A stretch of 64,000 nucleotides of DNA from Anaeramoeba ignava BMAN. Taxonomy: Eukaryota > Protista > Anaeramoebae. The notes beneath the pieces are model-generated. The model had not been told where the DNA came from. It did no database searches and worked only from the letters and a program-made list of their open reading frames with translations. Position 1 is the first letter of the stretch. The number at the start of each line of letters is the position of its first letter. Positions 62,984 through 64,000 of the stretch are shown here, one piece after another. Location of the stretch: positions 1 through 64,000 of the forward strand of contig JAPDFW010000008.1 in NCBI GenBank assembly GCA_028826165.1. Direction: 5' to 3'. The position numbers and the translations under genes were made by a program.

Positions 62984-64000
62984 TTAATCCCAATCCTCTG
63001 GATTATCATCATTTCTTTCATCAGCATCATCAGATAACTCCAATCTATCAAGAGGAGTTTGATGACCAAAAATAGGGTTTGAATTTTCTGGTAAATCACC
63101 CAAATGACCACTAATACCGACTCTTCTAATTTGAAGATGATTAACGAGTTCATCAACAATACTTGGGGGACTATCAGCTTTTTTCTTAATAGAAGTTTTA
63201 GGAAGTGGACGATTACTTGCTTTCTTTAATTCTGTTCCTTTTCGAATAGCTGCAAGAAGATCTGCTCTTTCTGTTGTGATTTCTGGTACATAACTTGGAT
63301 TCCCAGAGTTGTCTAATGGCGGTGGTGGTCCTCCTGTTGGTGGTGGTGGTATTCCTATTGGTGGTGGTGGTCCTCCACTTATGTTCATTGTTTGATTATC
63401 AATTGGTGGTGGTGGTAAATCATTTTCTAGAAATGGTGGTGGTGGCACTATTAATTATTAATATTTATTAATTTTAATTTTGATTTTAATTTTAATTTTA
63501 ATTTTAATTATAATTTCAATATTAATTTATAAATGAATTTTAATTTTAATTTTAATTTTAATTTGAATTTTAATTTTGATTTTAATTTTAATTTTAATTT
63601 TAATTTTAATTTTAATTTTAATTTTAATTTTAATTTTAATTTTAACTTTGATTTTAATTTTGATTTTAATTCCAATTTTAATTTTAATTTTAATATTGAT
63701 TTTAATTTTAATTTTGATTTTAATTTTAATTTTAATTTTAATTTTAATATTAATTTCAATTTTAATTTTAATTTTAATTTAAATTTTAATTTTAATTTTA
63801 AATTTTAATTTTAAATTTTAATTTTAATTTTAATTTTAAATTTAAAATGAATTTTAATTTTAAAATAAATTTGATTTACACTCCTCATTAGTTTTCTCAG
63901 TATTTGAGTTTGTTTGATTTGTTGAGTTAGACATTGCGGAAAGATTTCCTTCAAAAGCAGTAGGAGCAATAGAAGTCTGAGAGATAATTCCACTAAAAGA
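62984..64000 (-). CDS. WASH1: WASH complex subunit 1 (Arp2/3 activator), 3' part
   Basis: Poly-Pro region, WH2 (RADLLAAIRKGTELKK), central helix IVDELVNHLQIRRVGISG typical of WASH, acidic DDNPEDWD*; upstream exon with SIAPT. Confidence 0.85.

Noticed and set aside
1-64000. tRNA, rRNA, inteins or telomeric repeats
   Set aside because: None recognised by eye; a covariance-model or HINT HMM search would be needed to exclude them formally

Overview
Extremely AT-rich, gene-dense eukaryotic genomic DNA with spliceosomal GT-AG introns filled with (AAAATT)n/(AATTT)n-type microsatellites, read in the standard genetic code. Gene content and style (expanded RCC1-BTB genes, MMAA with an N-terminal presequence) suggest an anaerobic protist such as Anaeramoeba (inference). 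The window holds nine intronless RCC1-BTB paralogues in three clusters, a G-alpha subunit, a steroid 5-alpha-reductase-like gene, a BTB fusion gene, a DUF2418/Nur1-like gene, 14-3-3, RTRAF, MMAA, a Rho-like pseudo-GTPase, an ankyrin-repeat TKL kinase, a DHHC palmitoyltransferase, an MRH-domain membrane protein, a catalytically dead USP, a Rab-ANK-BTB fusion, the 3' end of WASH, a decayed Tc1/IS630-type transposon and several satellites. The main discovery is invisible in the ORF track. The ankyrin repeats of two unrelated genes are encoded by roughly 96-nt phase-0 exons alternating with single-codon (3-nt) micro-exons (AG|NNN|GT). There are 18 in total, including a run of four consecutive ones, and each supplies a variable beta-hairpin residue of the ankyrin repeat. 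Several single-base homopolymer frameshifts are probably sequencing errors.
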